Part shown: in pieces, positions 29,378 through 39,120 of the stretch | Layout: each line of letters opens with the position of its first letter | Numbering within the stretch: the first letter of the stretch is position 1 | Assembly (NCBI GenBank): GCA_038046765.1 | Contig: JBBSVN010000012.1 | Location: 36,044 to 100,043, forward strand | Reading direction: 5' to 3' | DNA from: Candidatus Micrarchaeota archaeon | GTDB lineage: Archaea; Micrarchaeota; Micrarchaeia; Anstonellales; Bilamarchaeaceae | Length of the DNA stretch: 64,000 nucleotides | Program-made: the position numbers and the translations under genes | Notes under the pieces: model-generated | Told to the model about the DNA's origin: nothing | The model's database searches: none | Seen by the model: the letters and a program-made list of their open reading frames with translations, nothing else

Positions 29378-29658
29378 TTCAGATCCTTAATTATTTTTAT
29401 TAAATTAGTATTTTTAAATATATGCCTAAAATTTTTATATTTTTATTTTTCAGACGTATTTTTCATACCTTTTTAATAATTTTTTTCTAATTTTATTTTT
29501 TTATCCTCGATCATTTTTTGCAATTTTTGCATTTTTACGTGTCAAAAACTGATTTTGAAATCTAAAAATATAATTTGCACGCTATTTTTGGGTATTTTAT
29601 TTTTTATAAAAAAATAATTTTCATATATTATTACTGTTATTCTCTTTTTAAATGTTGC

Positions 29659-30549
29659 TTAAAATGTCTGGTCTTGTCTTGCAAATATTATTCTATTAAT
29701 TATTTCTGCAATTTCTGGTGCTGCTTCCAGTTCAGGATAAAATGCAGTTGGAGTAGGTTCTAGTTTTAATCGTTCTTTTTTATTTGCAAGACATTTTTCA
29801 ATTAATCTTTTTGCCCTTGGATTATTCAAAATAATATCCAGCTCTCCGTTAATTACGGCAATCTTTCCCGGCAAGTCTATTTGGGCGCTTTCTAGGGCAT
29901 GTTCTATTTTTGGGCCCGTCTGATTTAACTGGTTATAAAATAACCTGAGGGCGAGTCTATCTGTTGTCTTAAGCCCATGAAAAAATTCGCCTAAAAAATC
30001 TACTGAGCAGTTCGGCATTGCTCGTACGAATTTTAGTATTGGTGCAGCTAATTCAAAGGAGTGCAGCCTATTTGGTCCTAGGAATCTTACCAACCTATGC
30101 AACTGCGCTGGTAAAACGGATTCTAAACTTCCTATAATCGGGTTGATTAACATAAGGGACGCGAATTTATCTGCTACATTCGTTCCGTTTTCCATCATTT
30201 TTTGTATGTACTCTAAAAATAGAAATGCTCCTGCGTCCCTGGCTATTATATGTGGTCTGCTAATTTCAAATTCCAGGATCACTTGCCTAAGCGTGCGTGC
30301 GAACTCCTGACTAAAATCATCGGAAGTTTTGCTACTAAGTTTGTTTAATCCGTGACCTGGTAAATCAAAACCAATAAATGCACAATCATTTAGCGAAACT
30401 TCGGTAGCTAATGCAGCCCAGGTTTCTTTGTTTCCTCCAAATCCATGTATTGCAACAATATTTCTGGAAGTTTTGCTTGAGGGAATCCCTCTCACTAAAT
30501 AGTCTCGTTTTGCGTGCCTATGCTGTCTTAATATGTGCATATAGACCAT
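29659..30549 (-). CDS. Alpha/beta hydrolase fold protein with a degenerate active site
   Basis: IHGFGG, FDLPGHG, elbow ARDAGA, GELD; no catalytic His. Confidence 0.7.
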   Translation of the reverse strand: MVYMHILRQHRHAKRDYLVRGIPSSKTSRNIVAIHGFGGNKETWAALATEVSLNDCAFIGFDLPGHGLNKLSSKTSDDFSQEFARTLRQVILEFEISRPHIIARDAGAFLFLEYIQKMMENGTNVADKFASLMLINPIIGSLESVLPAQLHRLVRFLGPNRLHSFELAAPILKFVRAMPNCSVDFLGEFFHGLKTTDRLALRLFYNQLNQTGPKIEHALESAQIDLPGKIAVINGELDIILNNPRAKRLIEKCLANKKERLKLEPTPTAFYPELEAAPEIAEIINRIIFARQDQTF

Positions 30550-30598
30550 TCTTCCTTACTTCGCGCATAAATATAATCTTTCCCAATCATAATAACTC

Positions 30599-30666
30599 TG
30601 GTAATGATGATGACACTGTCCCAGAGGAGATTTTGTATGACCGGAAGAGTAGCTGCTGAGTTACCA
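30599..30666 (+). ncRNA. Box C/D guide sRNA
   Basis: Terminal stem TGGTAA/TTACCA; C ATGATGA 30604-10; D' CAGA 30622-25; C'-like TGTATGA; D CTGA 30656-59; TATA-like ATAAATATA about 25 bp upstream. Confidence 0.75.
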
Positions 30667-30827
30667 TTTAAGGAAATTTTATCCCAAGTCAACTAAAAAG
30701 TCCAGTGAACGACTATTCGTTTACTAGATCGTTCAAAACTTTGTTTTTGAATCTCGACTTGATCTATTCAAAACCAACTAGAGAAACTTATAAATGTGCG
30801 ATCGGTATTACTTATTTGGTTTTGAAT

Positions 30828-31346
30828 ATGAACGAGAAATTTAAGGGAATTTTAGAAATCACATTTGCTGTTGTAATCGTTTTATTAACTTTCTTTTTCA
30901 AAGACCAGATTATACAATTAGGCGATTATGGTTACCTTGGTGTTTTCCTAATCTCACTTCTAAGTTCTGCAACAATTCTTTTGCCAGCACCAGGTTGGGC
31001 AGTTGTATTTGCTTTAGGCAGGAGCCTTGACCCATTTTACCTAGCTTTATTCGCTGGTCTTGGTTCTGGTATCGGTGAACTTACTGCATATTTTGCAGGA
31101 AATGGAATTCAAAGTATAATTAAAAATAAACACCTGGAACAAATAAAACAATTTATTAAAAACTACGATATTTACGCAATTCTGATTCTTAGTTTTATTC
31201 CAAATCCTTTTTTTGATATTGCTGGTATTTTGGCAGGCAGTATGCGTATTAATCCATTAAAATTTGTTCTTGTTTGTATTGTCGGCAGGATTCTTCGCTT
31301 TTTACTGCTAGCCTACTTCGGATTCCTAACCATTCGTTTTTTATAA
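30828..31346 (+). CDS. DedA/VTT (SNARE-associated) membrane protein
   Basis: LLPAPG, GSGIGELTAYFAG, FIPNPFFDIAGILAG. Confidence 0.85.
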   Translation: MNEKFKGILEITFAVVIVLLTFFFKDQIIQLGDYGYLGVFLISLLSSATILLPAPGWAVVFALGRSLDPFYLALFAGLGSGIGELTAYFAGNGIQSIIKNKHLEQIKQFIKNYDIYAILILSFIPNPFFDIAGILAGSMRINPLKFVLVCIVGRILRFLLLAYFGFLTIRFL

Positions 31347-31367
31347 CTTTTTGGTATAATCAAAGCT

Positions 31368-32084
31368 ATGAAAACATTTTATTTCGCTTTACTCGTGTTA
31401 GTAATTTTTGCAATGTTCGGTTGCATCCGTAATAATGATCAAATTAAGATCGAGCAAGTAGTTGTTGCATCAAATAATTCTTCTCTTGAGGCTCTTAATG
31501 ACACTCAAAACGATTCTACTACGAATACTCCTCTTTATCAGGTGAATGTTGGTCTTCCGATACCTCCAAATGTATCTGGTAATACAACTATAAATACAAA
31601 TGAAACTACCAATAACAAGACTAACAATCTTACTAATACGACTACTTATCCAAATCTACCTTCTCCACCTTGCGTAGATAGCGATGGTGCTAATATTTCT
31701 AGTTCTGGATCTGTTACTTTCCAGGGAAAAACATTTTATGATTTATGCACGGGTCAGGAAAATGTGAAGGAGTATACCTGCACTAATAATACGCTCGATA
31801 ATTACATTACTCAGTGTCCATTCAATTACGAATGCAACCTTGGCGCATGTTCGCTCGTAAAACAAACCTGCACAGATAGCGATGGCGGGAAAGACGATCG
31901 CATAAGCGGTACGATAACAATAAAAGACTCATCTGGCAGGTTGCTTAAAACTACAGATAAATGTAGCGGCATATACGATGTTCAGGAGTTTTATTGTAAT
32001 GGTAATCAACTAGCTTATATAGTTACTCCTTGTACTGGAAACTATACGTGCAATGTTGATTCTGGCGCTTGTGATTTTAAGTAA
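31368..32084 (+). CDS. Lipoprotein with two Cys-rich CxDSDG repeats
   Basis: Lipobox MFGC, N/T-rich linker, CVDSDG and CTDSDGG units. Confidence 0.7.
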   Translation: MKTFYFALLVLVIFAMFGCIRNNDQIKIEQVVVASNNSSLEALNDTQNDSTTNTPLYQVNVGLPIPPNVSGNTTINTNETTNNKTNNLTNTTTYPNLPSPPCVDSDGANISSSGSVTFQGKTFYDLCTGQENVKEYTCTNNTLDNYITQCPFNYECNLGACSLVKQTCTDSDGGKDDRISGTITIKDSSGRLLKTTDKCSGIYDVQEFYCNGNQLAYIVTPCTGNYTCNVDSGACDFK

Positions 32085-32107
32085 TTGTTTATTGTTCTTA
32101 TCGTTAA

Positions 32108-33019
32108 ATGGTTACTCTTATGCCAAAATTCGATTTTATTGATGTAGTTACAAAAGATAAACTACTTCTACCCGCATTAGTCTTTGAGCCAACAAGTTCT
32201 ACTAAACGGACTGCGTTAATTTATGTTCATGGCTTGGGGGGAGATTTTTACAGCAACAGCGAAAAAGCAAATGCGTTTGCAGAAGAATGCAATAAATATG
32301 GATTTGCTTTCCTTACCTTTAATAATCGCGGTTCGGGATACGATGCTGCAGTTAAAAAATTAGATTCTAAAACAGATAAAGGTTTTGTTAGGGTAGCTGC
32401 CGGAAGAACTTACGAAAAATTCTCTGATTGCGTTTATGACATTGGTGCGGTTATTAGTCAGGCAAAGAAACGTGGATACAATAAAATAATTCTAATTGGC
32501 CACAGTACGGGGGCGAATAAAGTCATTTATTATTTATACAAAAATCAAAATCAAAAAAATATTGTGGCATCAGTCCTTACCGGAGCTTTAAGCGATGTCC
32601 CAATACAAAGGAAACTTTCTGGAAAAAGCTATCCAAAAATTCTGGCTCTTGCAAAAATGCTTTATAAAAAAGGCAAAGGAAGCGTACTTCTGCCAGAAGG
32701 CAGTAGTGATTCTCCAATTACTGCACAGCGTTTTCTAAGCCTATGTGTTGAAAAAAGCGAAGAGGATGTTTTCCAGTATTATTTACAAAACCCAGCATTT
32801 ACCCAGTTAAAAAGTCTCAAAATTCCTGCTCTTTTTATAATTGGAGAAAAGGACGAGTATGCAACAACCAAACCGAATCAAATATTGAAAACTTATTCTA
32901 AACTAAAGAGTAATTTCGAAACTGTCCTGATTAAAGGATCATTACATTCTTTTAATAAAATGGAGAAAAAACTCGCAAAAATTGTATGTACTTGGATCAA
33001 TAAAAAAGTTACACTCTAA
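32108..33019 (+). CDS. Alpha/beta hydrolase (DUF1749-like)
   Basis: HGLGG, GHSTG nucleophile, GEKDE, GSLH. Confidence 0.8.
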   Translation: MVTLMPKFDFIDVVTKDKLLLPALVFEPTSSTKRTALIYVHGLGGDFYSNSEKANAFAEECNKYGFAFLTFNNRGSGYDAAVKKLDSKTDKGFVRVAAGRTYEKFSDCVYDIGAVISQAKKRGYNKIILIGHSTGANKVIYYLYKNQNQKNIVASVLTGALSDVPIQRKLSGKSYPKILALAKMLYKKGKGSVLLPEGSSDSPITAQRFLSLCVEKSEEDVFQYYLQNPAFTQLKSLKIPALFIIGEKDEYATTKPNQILKTYSKLKSNFETVLIKGSLHSFNKMEKKLAKIVCTWINKKVTL

Positions 33020-33020
33020 G

Positions 33021-34379
33021 TTAAATCAGCCTTATTTCTTTATTTTCCTTATCAAGTTGCATTAAACTAACTGTTGCACCATTTTTAGTTGCTTTTTTTA
33101 TTGCAGGGTTTTGACACAGAACTTGCTTTAAGAAATTTAAAACTTCTGGATCAGAATGTACAATCACAATATGTCCCGTACTTTTAACACAATTAACAGA
33201 AGCAAGTGCATATTCAATGCTTCCAAGTGCTTCTTCGCTTAATTCTGCGTTTTTCAAACTAACCGCGAATAACTCGTTTAAATCTGCACCAAAGAACGTG
33301 CGGCCATTTGTTACATTGCCTAAATCTTTTGGATCGCTTAAAATTATCGCGTGAGCATACTGTTCTGCAAAAGTTTTTCCTGCAATTTTAGCGTGCATGA
33401 TCGCGATTCGCACTTCGGATGTGGTTTCTGAAACAAAATCAGATAATTCTCTTGTTTTAGAATAAGTAAGTCCTAAATCAGTTGTATTAAATCCGATTAC
33501 TCCCGCATATACTTTTATTTTTCTTTCTCTTACAATATCTAAATTAGCTAATACTTCTCTTTGATATTCTGTGTTATTGATAAATATGTTGGGGTGACCA
33601 GAGCCTTTTATGTGGATTCGATCTAATAACCTATCAATGCTTTGGCTTTTTCCGCGGTGTTTATGTTCGTCTTTTTTAACTAAGCATGCTCCGCAACCAA
33701 TGTGGCCAATAACAAAAATTTCGCCATTTTCCTTAAGTTTGTCTATTACTGCACGTACTTCATCAGTTACTGCATTTCCCGCAATCTGTACAGTTGCTAT
33801 GTGTTTACCCTCATAATGCCTAAGAGACGTAGCCTCACACCTGGAATCAGAACACATTAATACAACTGCGTCATACTCTTTAGGTGTTTTTACTAAAGTA
33901 CGTTCAAGTGCTCCTTTAGCTCCTGCAATTAAAATTTCTCTTGACGCTTTGATGTCAAGGAGTCCTTGTTTTGCTATTATTCTTTTTAAGTCATCTATAT
34001 AAAACGGATTTTTTCTGCTTTCTCTTACTGAATCTGGAATAAGTAATCTTTCACTTCGAGTAAAACTTCTTGGTCGTGCTACTTCTTTATCTGTTTTTCT
34101 TGGGTCTTCTCTATGCTCTACTCCTCTTAATTTTTGTAACGAAAGAATAATATTTTCTGCATCTTTTAATCTTTTTTTAGCCGTTTTGTCCTTTTTGTTT
34201 TGAATCAGTTTTTCCTTAATCTTTTCTATATTGGCAACATTGAATTTCCGATCTCCAAGAATTAGCGTAGCTTCAGGAAAATTCTGCTTATTTAAGTCTA
34301 AGCAAAAATCAATTAATTCCTGGTGAAGCATAGGATCGGTAATCTGAATATTTTTTAACTTCAAGTCCGGACACTTCAA
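33021..34379 (-). CDS. Beta-carbonic anhydrase-like protein with intact Zn ligands, an N-terminal extension and a degenerate second CA domain
   Basis: LMCSDSR, QIAGN, GHIGCGA; C-terminal ALGSIEYAL...HIVIVH. Confidence 0.75.
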   Translation of the reverse strand: MKCPDLKLKNIQITDPMLHQELIDFCLDLNKQNFPEATLILGDRKFNVANIEKIKEKLIQNKKDKTAKKRLKDAENIILSLQKLRGVEHREDPRKTDKEVARPRSFTRSERLLIPDSVRESRKNPFYIDDLKRIIAKQGLLDIKASREILIAGAKGALERTLVKTPKEYDAVVLMCSDSRCEATSLRHYEGKHIATVQIAGNAVTDEVRAVIDKLKENGEIFVIGHIGCGACLVKKDEHKHRGKSQSIDRLLDRIHIKGSGHPNIFINNTEYQREVLANLDIVRERKIKVYAGVIGFNTTDLGLTYSKTRELSDFVSETTSEVRIAIMHAKIAGKTFAEQYAHAIILSDPKDLGNVTNGRTFFGADLNELFAVSLKNAELSEEALGSIEYALASVNCVKSTGHIVIVHSDPEVLNFLKQVLCQNPAIKKATKNGATVSLMQLDKENKEIRLI

Positions 34380-34428
34380 TACATCGCCTAATTCTATGTC
34401 TTTTTTTATGTTTTAAAAACTTATAAAA

Positions 34429-35439
34429 CTATGCTAGAATAAAAGTTTGGCCATTCATCTTGTTGAACTTCATCAGGGTAATTAGTTTTCCATTTTGGCT
34501 CTTTTCTTTTATTATTTTACTTTCAAGAATCTGTTTTTTTAATTCCTTAACTGTATCACTATCTGTATGAAGTATCATTATATGTGGTGAGTCCTTAACT
34601 CCATGAACCTTTAATAGTGCATCTTCTATTGCTGCAATTGATACTGTAGCTATTTTCTTACCAAAGTTACTCACGCATATAATTTCGTTTAAATTTCCGT
34701 CAAAGATTATTCTGGGGTTGTTTACTAAACCTAGGTCTAGTGGGTCGCTTAAAATAATTGTATGTGCATATGCTGCATTCAAATTTACTCCCTGGTTTTT
34801 AGCCTTTGTTAATCTGCTGCTTAAACTTCTTTTTAATCCGTTTATACTGTTGCTTGGTTTACCATCTTTTAGAAATCGTATTGGTTCAAGACTATTTGTA
34901 AAATCTGCAAGTACTGGTATTATTGCTGCTTTTTTAGATATTAAAATTTCGTTGTGTTTTAATTTTTCTACCTGGTTTATTGCATTTGCAGAGTATATAT
35001 CTTTTGCAAAACTATCCTTTTTACCAATTTCCACGTGACTAATTAAATTATCTATGCTGTTACTAATTCCTCGGTTATTGCTTTCCTGTGCTTTTAAATC
35101 ACATTCATAGCACATTAGCGATCCGCAGACAATTACTTCTCCATCTTGTTTTATTCTGATAAATCCGTTATCCAAATCATCTGTTACTATCTGCCCTGCA
35201 GTTTGTATGTTTAAAATTTTTTGTTCTAGGTAATCTGTTAGAATTGTTGGATCAGTGCGTGGTCCAGTTGATGAAACTAAAACTAAATCATATTCCGCCG
35301 GTTTAGCCAAGTTCGCTTTCTTTTGGGTTATTTGCCTTACAAATGCTGCGTTTCCTGCAATTAACAAATCAAGCGATTCTTTTACTAAAATTGGTTGCTG
35401 CGTTTGTACTTTCTTCATTACGACATCGAGTAATACCAT
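34429..35439 (-). CDS. Beta-carbonic anhydrase-like paralog with degenerate Zn ligands
   Basis: LIAGNAAF, SSTGPR replacing CSDSR, QTAGQ, GSLMCYEC; shares YAHTIILSDP and HIMILH with its neighbour. Confidence 0.65.
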   Translation of the reverse strand: MVLLDVVMKKVQTQQPILVKESLDLLIAGNAAFVRQITQKKANLAKPAEYDLVLVSSTGPRTDPTILTDYLEQKILNIQTAGQIVTDDLDNGFIRIKQDGEVIVCGSLMCYECDLKAQESNNRGISNSIDNLISHVEIGKKDSFAKDIYSANAINQVEKLKHNEILISKKAAIIPVLADFTNSLEPIRFLKDGKPSNSINGLKRSLSSRLTKAKNQGVNLNAAYAHTIILSDPLDLGLVNNPRIIFDGNLNEIICVSNFGKKIATVSIAAIEDALLKVHGVKDSPHIMILHTDSDTVKELKKQILESKIIKEKSQNGKLITLMKFNKMNGQTFILA

Positions 35440-35540
35440 CGAACGCACCTCTGGTGGATAATTAGTACTTTATAGTAATAGCTTATGCTAGTAAAGAATT
35501 AAAAAAAGGAAAGATTAAATTATTTGAAAAATATTTAAAA

Positions 35541-36083
35541 TTATTTTCTCATTTTCTTGGATTTTTCCTCTAAGATCATTCCCGCTTTAAGAAGTCCTGC
35601 CAGAAGTTGATACGGGTTAGGTGGGTTTCCAGGTACATTTACATCAACTGGTACAGTATCTTCAACTTTTCCGCTTCCAGCTAATGCATAACTACCTTGA
35701 TATGGAAAACCCGTAACTGCACCATCTCCTGCTGCGACAACTACGCGCGGGTCTGCCATCGCATCATAACTTTTCTCAAGTGCAAGTTTCATATTCATTG
35801 TAACTGGACCTGTAACAATAATTACATCTGCATGCCTTGGCGAGGCTACATAGTGGATTCCAAATCTTTCTGCATCTACACGCGGGTTCATCATCATCTG
35901 TTCTTCAAGTTCGACATCGTTTGGCGAACCAGCGTCAACCATTCTAACGTGTATTGACTGCGCAAAAGGGTTAAGACTGCGTTTTTTAAGTAGTTCTGCA
36001 ACCTCTCTAATATCTGGGTCATCTGAATTAGGATCTATACGGTCCGGATATTTTTCAAAAAGGAATTTGAATATTTCAAACAT
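35541..36083 (-). CDS. hyfI: Ehr/hydrogenase-4 small subunit (HyfI/NuoB-like) lacking all Fe-S cysteines
   Basis: ERFGIHYVASPRHADVIIVTGPVT; AGSPNDVE, GDGA and PGNPP replace the Cys motifs. Confidence 0.85.
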   Translation of the reverse strand: MFEIFKFLFEKYPDRIDPNSDDPDIREVAELLKKRSLNPFAQSIHVRMVDAGSPNDVELEEQMMMNPRVDAERFGIHYVASPRHADVIIVTGPVTMNMKLALEKSYDAMADPRVVVAAGDGAVTGFPYQGSYALAGSGKVEDTVPVDVNVPGNPPNPYQLLAGLLKAGMILEEKSKKMRK

Positions 36084-36092
36084 ATTTACACC

Positions 36093-37649
36093 TCACAAAT
36101 CAGTACCTGCGTAAGACATATTAAAGCTTTTATTTATAAGCGGGAAATCTGGCACAATATTTCCAGGAACTAAATTTTCCGCGCCACGCCAGTTACGAAA
36201 AGATGCTGTCCTGCATCTAAAACTTTTTATTGTTCCATTATCCATTAGTTCAATCATGAATGTACAAGAACCTCTTGGTGCCTCTGCCCATCCTAAGCTC
36301 CATACACTTTTACGCGATTTTGAAACTGGTACTGGTGCAAGAATCTCGCCATTAGGCATCTTGGCAATTACTGTCTTTATGATTTCAACTGCTTGTTTTA
36401 CTTCTGCAATTTTTACTAGGAACCTGCATAATACGTCTCCTCCCTCTTCCTTCTGTTCGCTAAACTTGACCTTATCATAAAATTCGTAAGGGAAGTATTT
36501 TCTTACATCGCAGCTATATCCTGCTGCACGAGCGACAGGTCCAACTAAAGATAATTTTTGCGCAACCTCTGTTGTAACTATTCCTGTTGAATAAACCCGA
36601 TCAAGATATGTTGAGTTTGTCAATGTAACTGTTTCAAGTGTGTTTAATCTATTGACAAAGTTGTCAAGTTCGCTAACTAAAACACTAATTTTAGTCTCAT
36701 CTAAGTCTGCTTTTACCCCTCCTGGTGTACAAACTCCCCCTAAGAACCTATGGCCAGTTATTTTATTATTAAGGCGCATCATATCCTCGCGCAAAACGGC
36801 GAATCTAGATGCTGCGAAATAAAATCCGACATCTGTTGGCATTCCGCCTAAATCCGATAAATGACTGTATATTCTTTCAAGTTCAGCTAAGATCACTCTT
36901 ATTGCCTGCGCTCGTTCTGGAACTTTTATATCTAGCGCTTTTTCTACCGCTGTACAATAGCCGATCATATTCGCAATTCGTTCATCTCCTGAAATCGATT
37001 CTATAAGTGGTATTGCTTCGGTTATATTTTTTCCTTCAACTAGTTTCTCAACCCCCCGATGAAGGTAGAACATTCTTGTTTCAAGTTTGTTTATTGATTC
37101 CCCGACCACGCTGAATCTAAAATGTCCTGGTTCGATTATACCTGCGTGAACTGGGCCAACTGGAATCTGGAATTCACCTTCGGCACCCGTCATCGGCATT
37201 TCGTAAACGTAATCTGCATTTTTACCCAATCTTTTCTTCTGACCTTCTATATTTTCTAATCCGCCATCAGGATGGAAAAGTATTGGACGTGAATCTGGAA
37301 TGTTATCAAATCTAAGTCCGCTTAAATCCTGCATTTTCCTCTCATCCCATACTGCTGCGTTAACAACTGCAGAAACTGCATAAAATTCCTTGCCTTCTGC
37401 ATATAATACTGCGAATGTTTCAAGAGCTGGCACACGAAAAACATATGATGCCTGAAAGTTTCCTTTTTCTAAATCACTTATAAATGAGCTATCGAATAAT
37501 GCATTCTCTTTAATCATTTTTTCACTTAAACCTGGCAAATCTTTGGAATTACATTTTATCCAGACTATTCCTGATTGTTCAACAGAAGAAATTTTTGCAT
37601 TAGCAGATGACTCAAGCTGTTTTAAGAATTTTTCTAATTTAGAATCCAT
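36093..37649 (-). CDS. hyfG: Ehr large subunit (HyfG/NuoCD-like) without NiFe ligands
   Basis: VGPVHAGIIEPGHFRF, YLHRGVEK, ELERIYSHL, EAPRG, DFPLINKSFNMSYAGTDL; no CxxC pairs. Confidence 0.88.
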   Translation of the reverse strand: MDSKLEKFLKQLESSANAKISSVEQSGIVWIKCNSKDLPGLSEKMIKENALFDSSFISDLEKGNFQASYVFRVPALETFAVLYAEGKEFYAVSAVVNAAVWDERKMQDLSGLRFDNIPDSRPILFHPDGGLENIEGQKKRLGKNADYVYEMPMTGAEGEFQIPVGPVHAGIIEPGHFRFSVVGESINKLETRMFYLHRGVEKLVEGKNITEAIPLIESISGDERIANMIGYCTAVEKALDIKVPERAQAIRVILAELERIYSHLSDLGGMPTDVGFYFAASRFAVLREDMMRLNNKITGHRFLGGVCTPGGVKADLDETKISVLVSELDNFVNRLNTLETVTLTNSTYLDRVYSTGIVTTEVAQKLSLVGPVARAAGYSCDVRKYFPYEFYDKVKFSEQKEEGGDVLCRFLVKIAEVKQAVEIIKTVIAKMPNGEILAPVPVSKSRKSVWSLGWAEAPRGSCTFMIELMDNGTIKSFRCRTASFRNWRGAENLVPGNIVPDFPLINKSFNMSYAGTDL

Positions 37650-37651
37650 AT

Positions 37652-39115
37652 TTAAACACCCCCGATTAAACTACCTGCATCTTTTATTAAATTAAGAACT
37701 GGTGCTGGAGGGAACAATGCTAATGCTATTGCAAGAAGCAAAAGCGCAATCACTGAAAATGACATGTAAGGACTTACTTCTATATGTTTTGGCATTTTTT
37801 CCGGCTTATTACCAAAGACCATATCTGAAGCTTTGTAGAGGAAACTTGCAAATGCAATTACTGTAAATACGATTACAAAAAGAGCAACTAGGTATTGTCC
37901 CTTTGATAATGCGCCTCCTAGAAGTGCAATTTCAGAAAAGAACGTACCAAATGGGATACTTCCAGCCACTCCTAAAACAGCTAGTAAAAATAAAAGTCCA
38001 AAAACAGGTACTGCGCTTGCAGCTCCCTTTATATCTGGCATATTTTTAGTGCCATATGCATTTGTTATAATTCCACCTAAAAGAAATGCTAATGGTTTAG
38101 CTAAAGAATGAGCAAGCATATGGAATAATGCTGCAAAAATTGCTATTGGTCCACCAATTCCAGTAGCTAGTACAATAATTCCCATATTCTCTACGCTTGA
38201 ATATGCTAAAAGTCGCTTAAGGTTATCTTGTGCAAAAAGACGAAGCGCGCCTACAACTAGGGAAAGCACGCCAAATAGTATAAATAATCCTGACGCAAAA
38301 CCTGCAATTTCTGGTGACAAGATTACAATTCCATATACTCTTAATATTCCATAAAGGGCTATATTTAATATAAGTCCGGATAGTAAAGCACTAACTGGAG
38401 TTGGTGCCTGACTGTGCGCATCTGGAAGCCACACATGCAACGGTACAAGACCAACCTTTGTCCCGTATCCAACTAAAACGAATACGAATGCAAGTTTAAG
38501 GTATAGTGGGTTTATTTTGGTAATATCAAACGGTGTTCCGTAAACTGGGGTTTCTAAACCTCCCTGTGCAAATGCATAAAATAAAACAAGAATTCCAATA
38601 AATGCCAGTGTAAATCCAACAGAATTTATTGTAAAGTATTTCCATGCTGCTTCTATTGAAGCTTTGGTGTTGTAAAAACTTATCAAAAACACTGATGAGA
38701 GTGTTGTAAGTTCAACTGCTGCCCAAACGTGAATTGGGTTTGATGCTAAAAGTCCAGTTAGCATTGCAGCTAAAAACAGGGAAAGCTGTGCATAAAATCT
38801 TGCGAGCCTGTCTTCTTTAATTATTCCTTCTTCTACTTCATGGCGCATATATCCTACAGAGTAAATAAATACCAGTAGTGAAACAACTGATGTAATTCCT
38901 ATTAAAAATGCTGATAATGCATCCATTCTAAGTAGTTCTGAGAAATCTGAAATCGGTGCCCCGCTACTTATGAAAATTGATATTGAAAATAGTGCTGCAC
39001 CAACTGCTCCAAGAGCGCCTAAACATGCAACTAATTCTGCAAGTCGCGGGTGTTTACCTAAAAATACAGCAATTATTCCTGCAATTACCGGGAAAAGAAT
39101 AATTAATTCAAGCAT
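37652..39115 (-). CDS. hyfF: Antiporter-like membrane subunit HyfF
   Basis: EAAWKY, GYGTKVGLVPLHVWLPDAHSQAP, LAYSSVENMG. Confidence 0.88.
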   Translation of the reverse strand: MLELIILFPVIAGIIAVFLGKHPRLAELVACLGALGAVGAALFSISIFISSGAPISDFSELLRMDALSAFLIGITSVVSLLVFIYSVGYMRHEVEEGIIKEDRLARFYAQLSLFLAAMLTGLLASNPIHVWAAVELTTLSSVFLISFYNTKASIEAAWKYFTINSVGFTLAFIGILVLFYAFAQGGLETPVYGTPFDITKINPLYLKLAFVFVLVGYGTKVGLVPLHVWLPDAHSQAPTPVSALLSGLILNIALYGILRVYGIVILSPEIAGFASGLFILFGVLSLVVGALRLFAQDNLKRLLAYSSVENMGIIVLATGIGGPIAIFAALFHMLAHSLAKPLAFLLGGIITNAYGTKNMPDIKGAASAVPVFGLLFLLAVLGVAGSIPFGTFFSEIALLGGALSKGQYLVALFVIVFTVIAFASFLYKASDMVFGNKPEKMPKHIEVSPYMSFSVIALLLLAIALALFPPAPVLNLIKDAGSLIGGV

Positions 39116-39120
39116 AAATA

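Noticed and set aside
30411..30827. 82-aa ORF at 30411 and the GTG-start extension of the DedA gene
   Set aside because: They overlap the C/D RNA and hairpins; ATG 30828 with a TATA upstream is the better start
36093..37649. Functional [NiFe] hydrogenase or formate hydrogenlyase
   Set aside because: Both CxxC Ni-binding motifs are absent, and there are no hyp or fdh genes in the window
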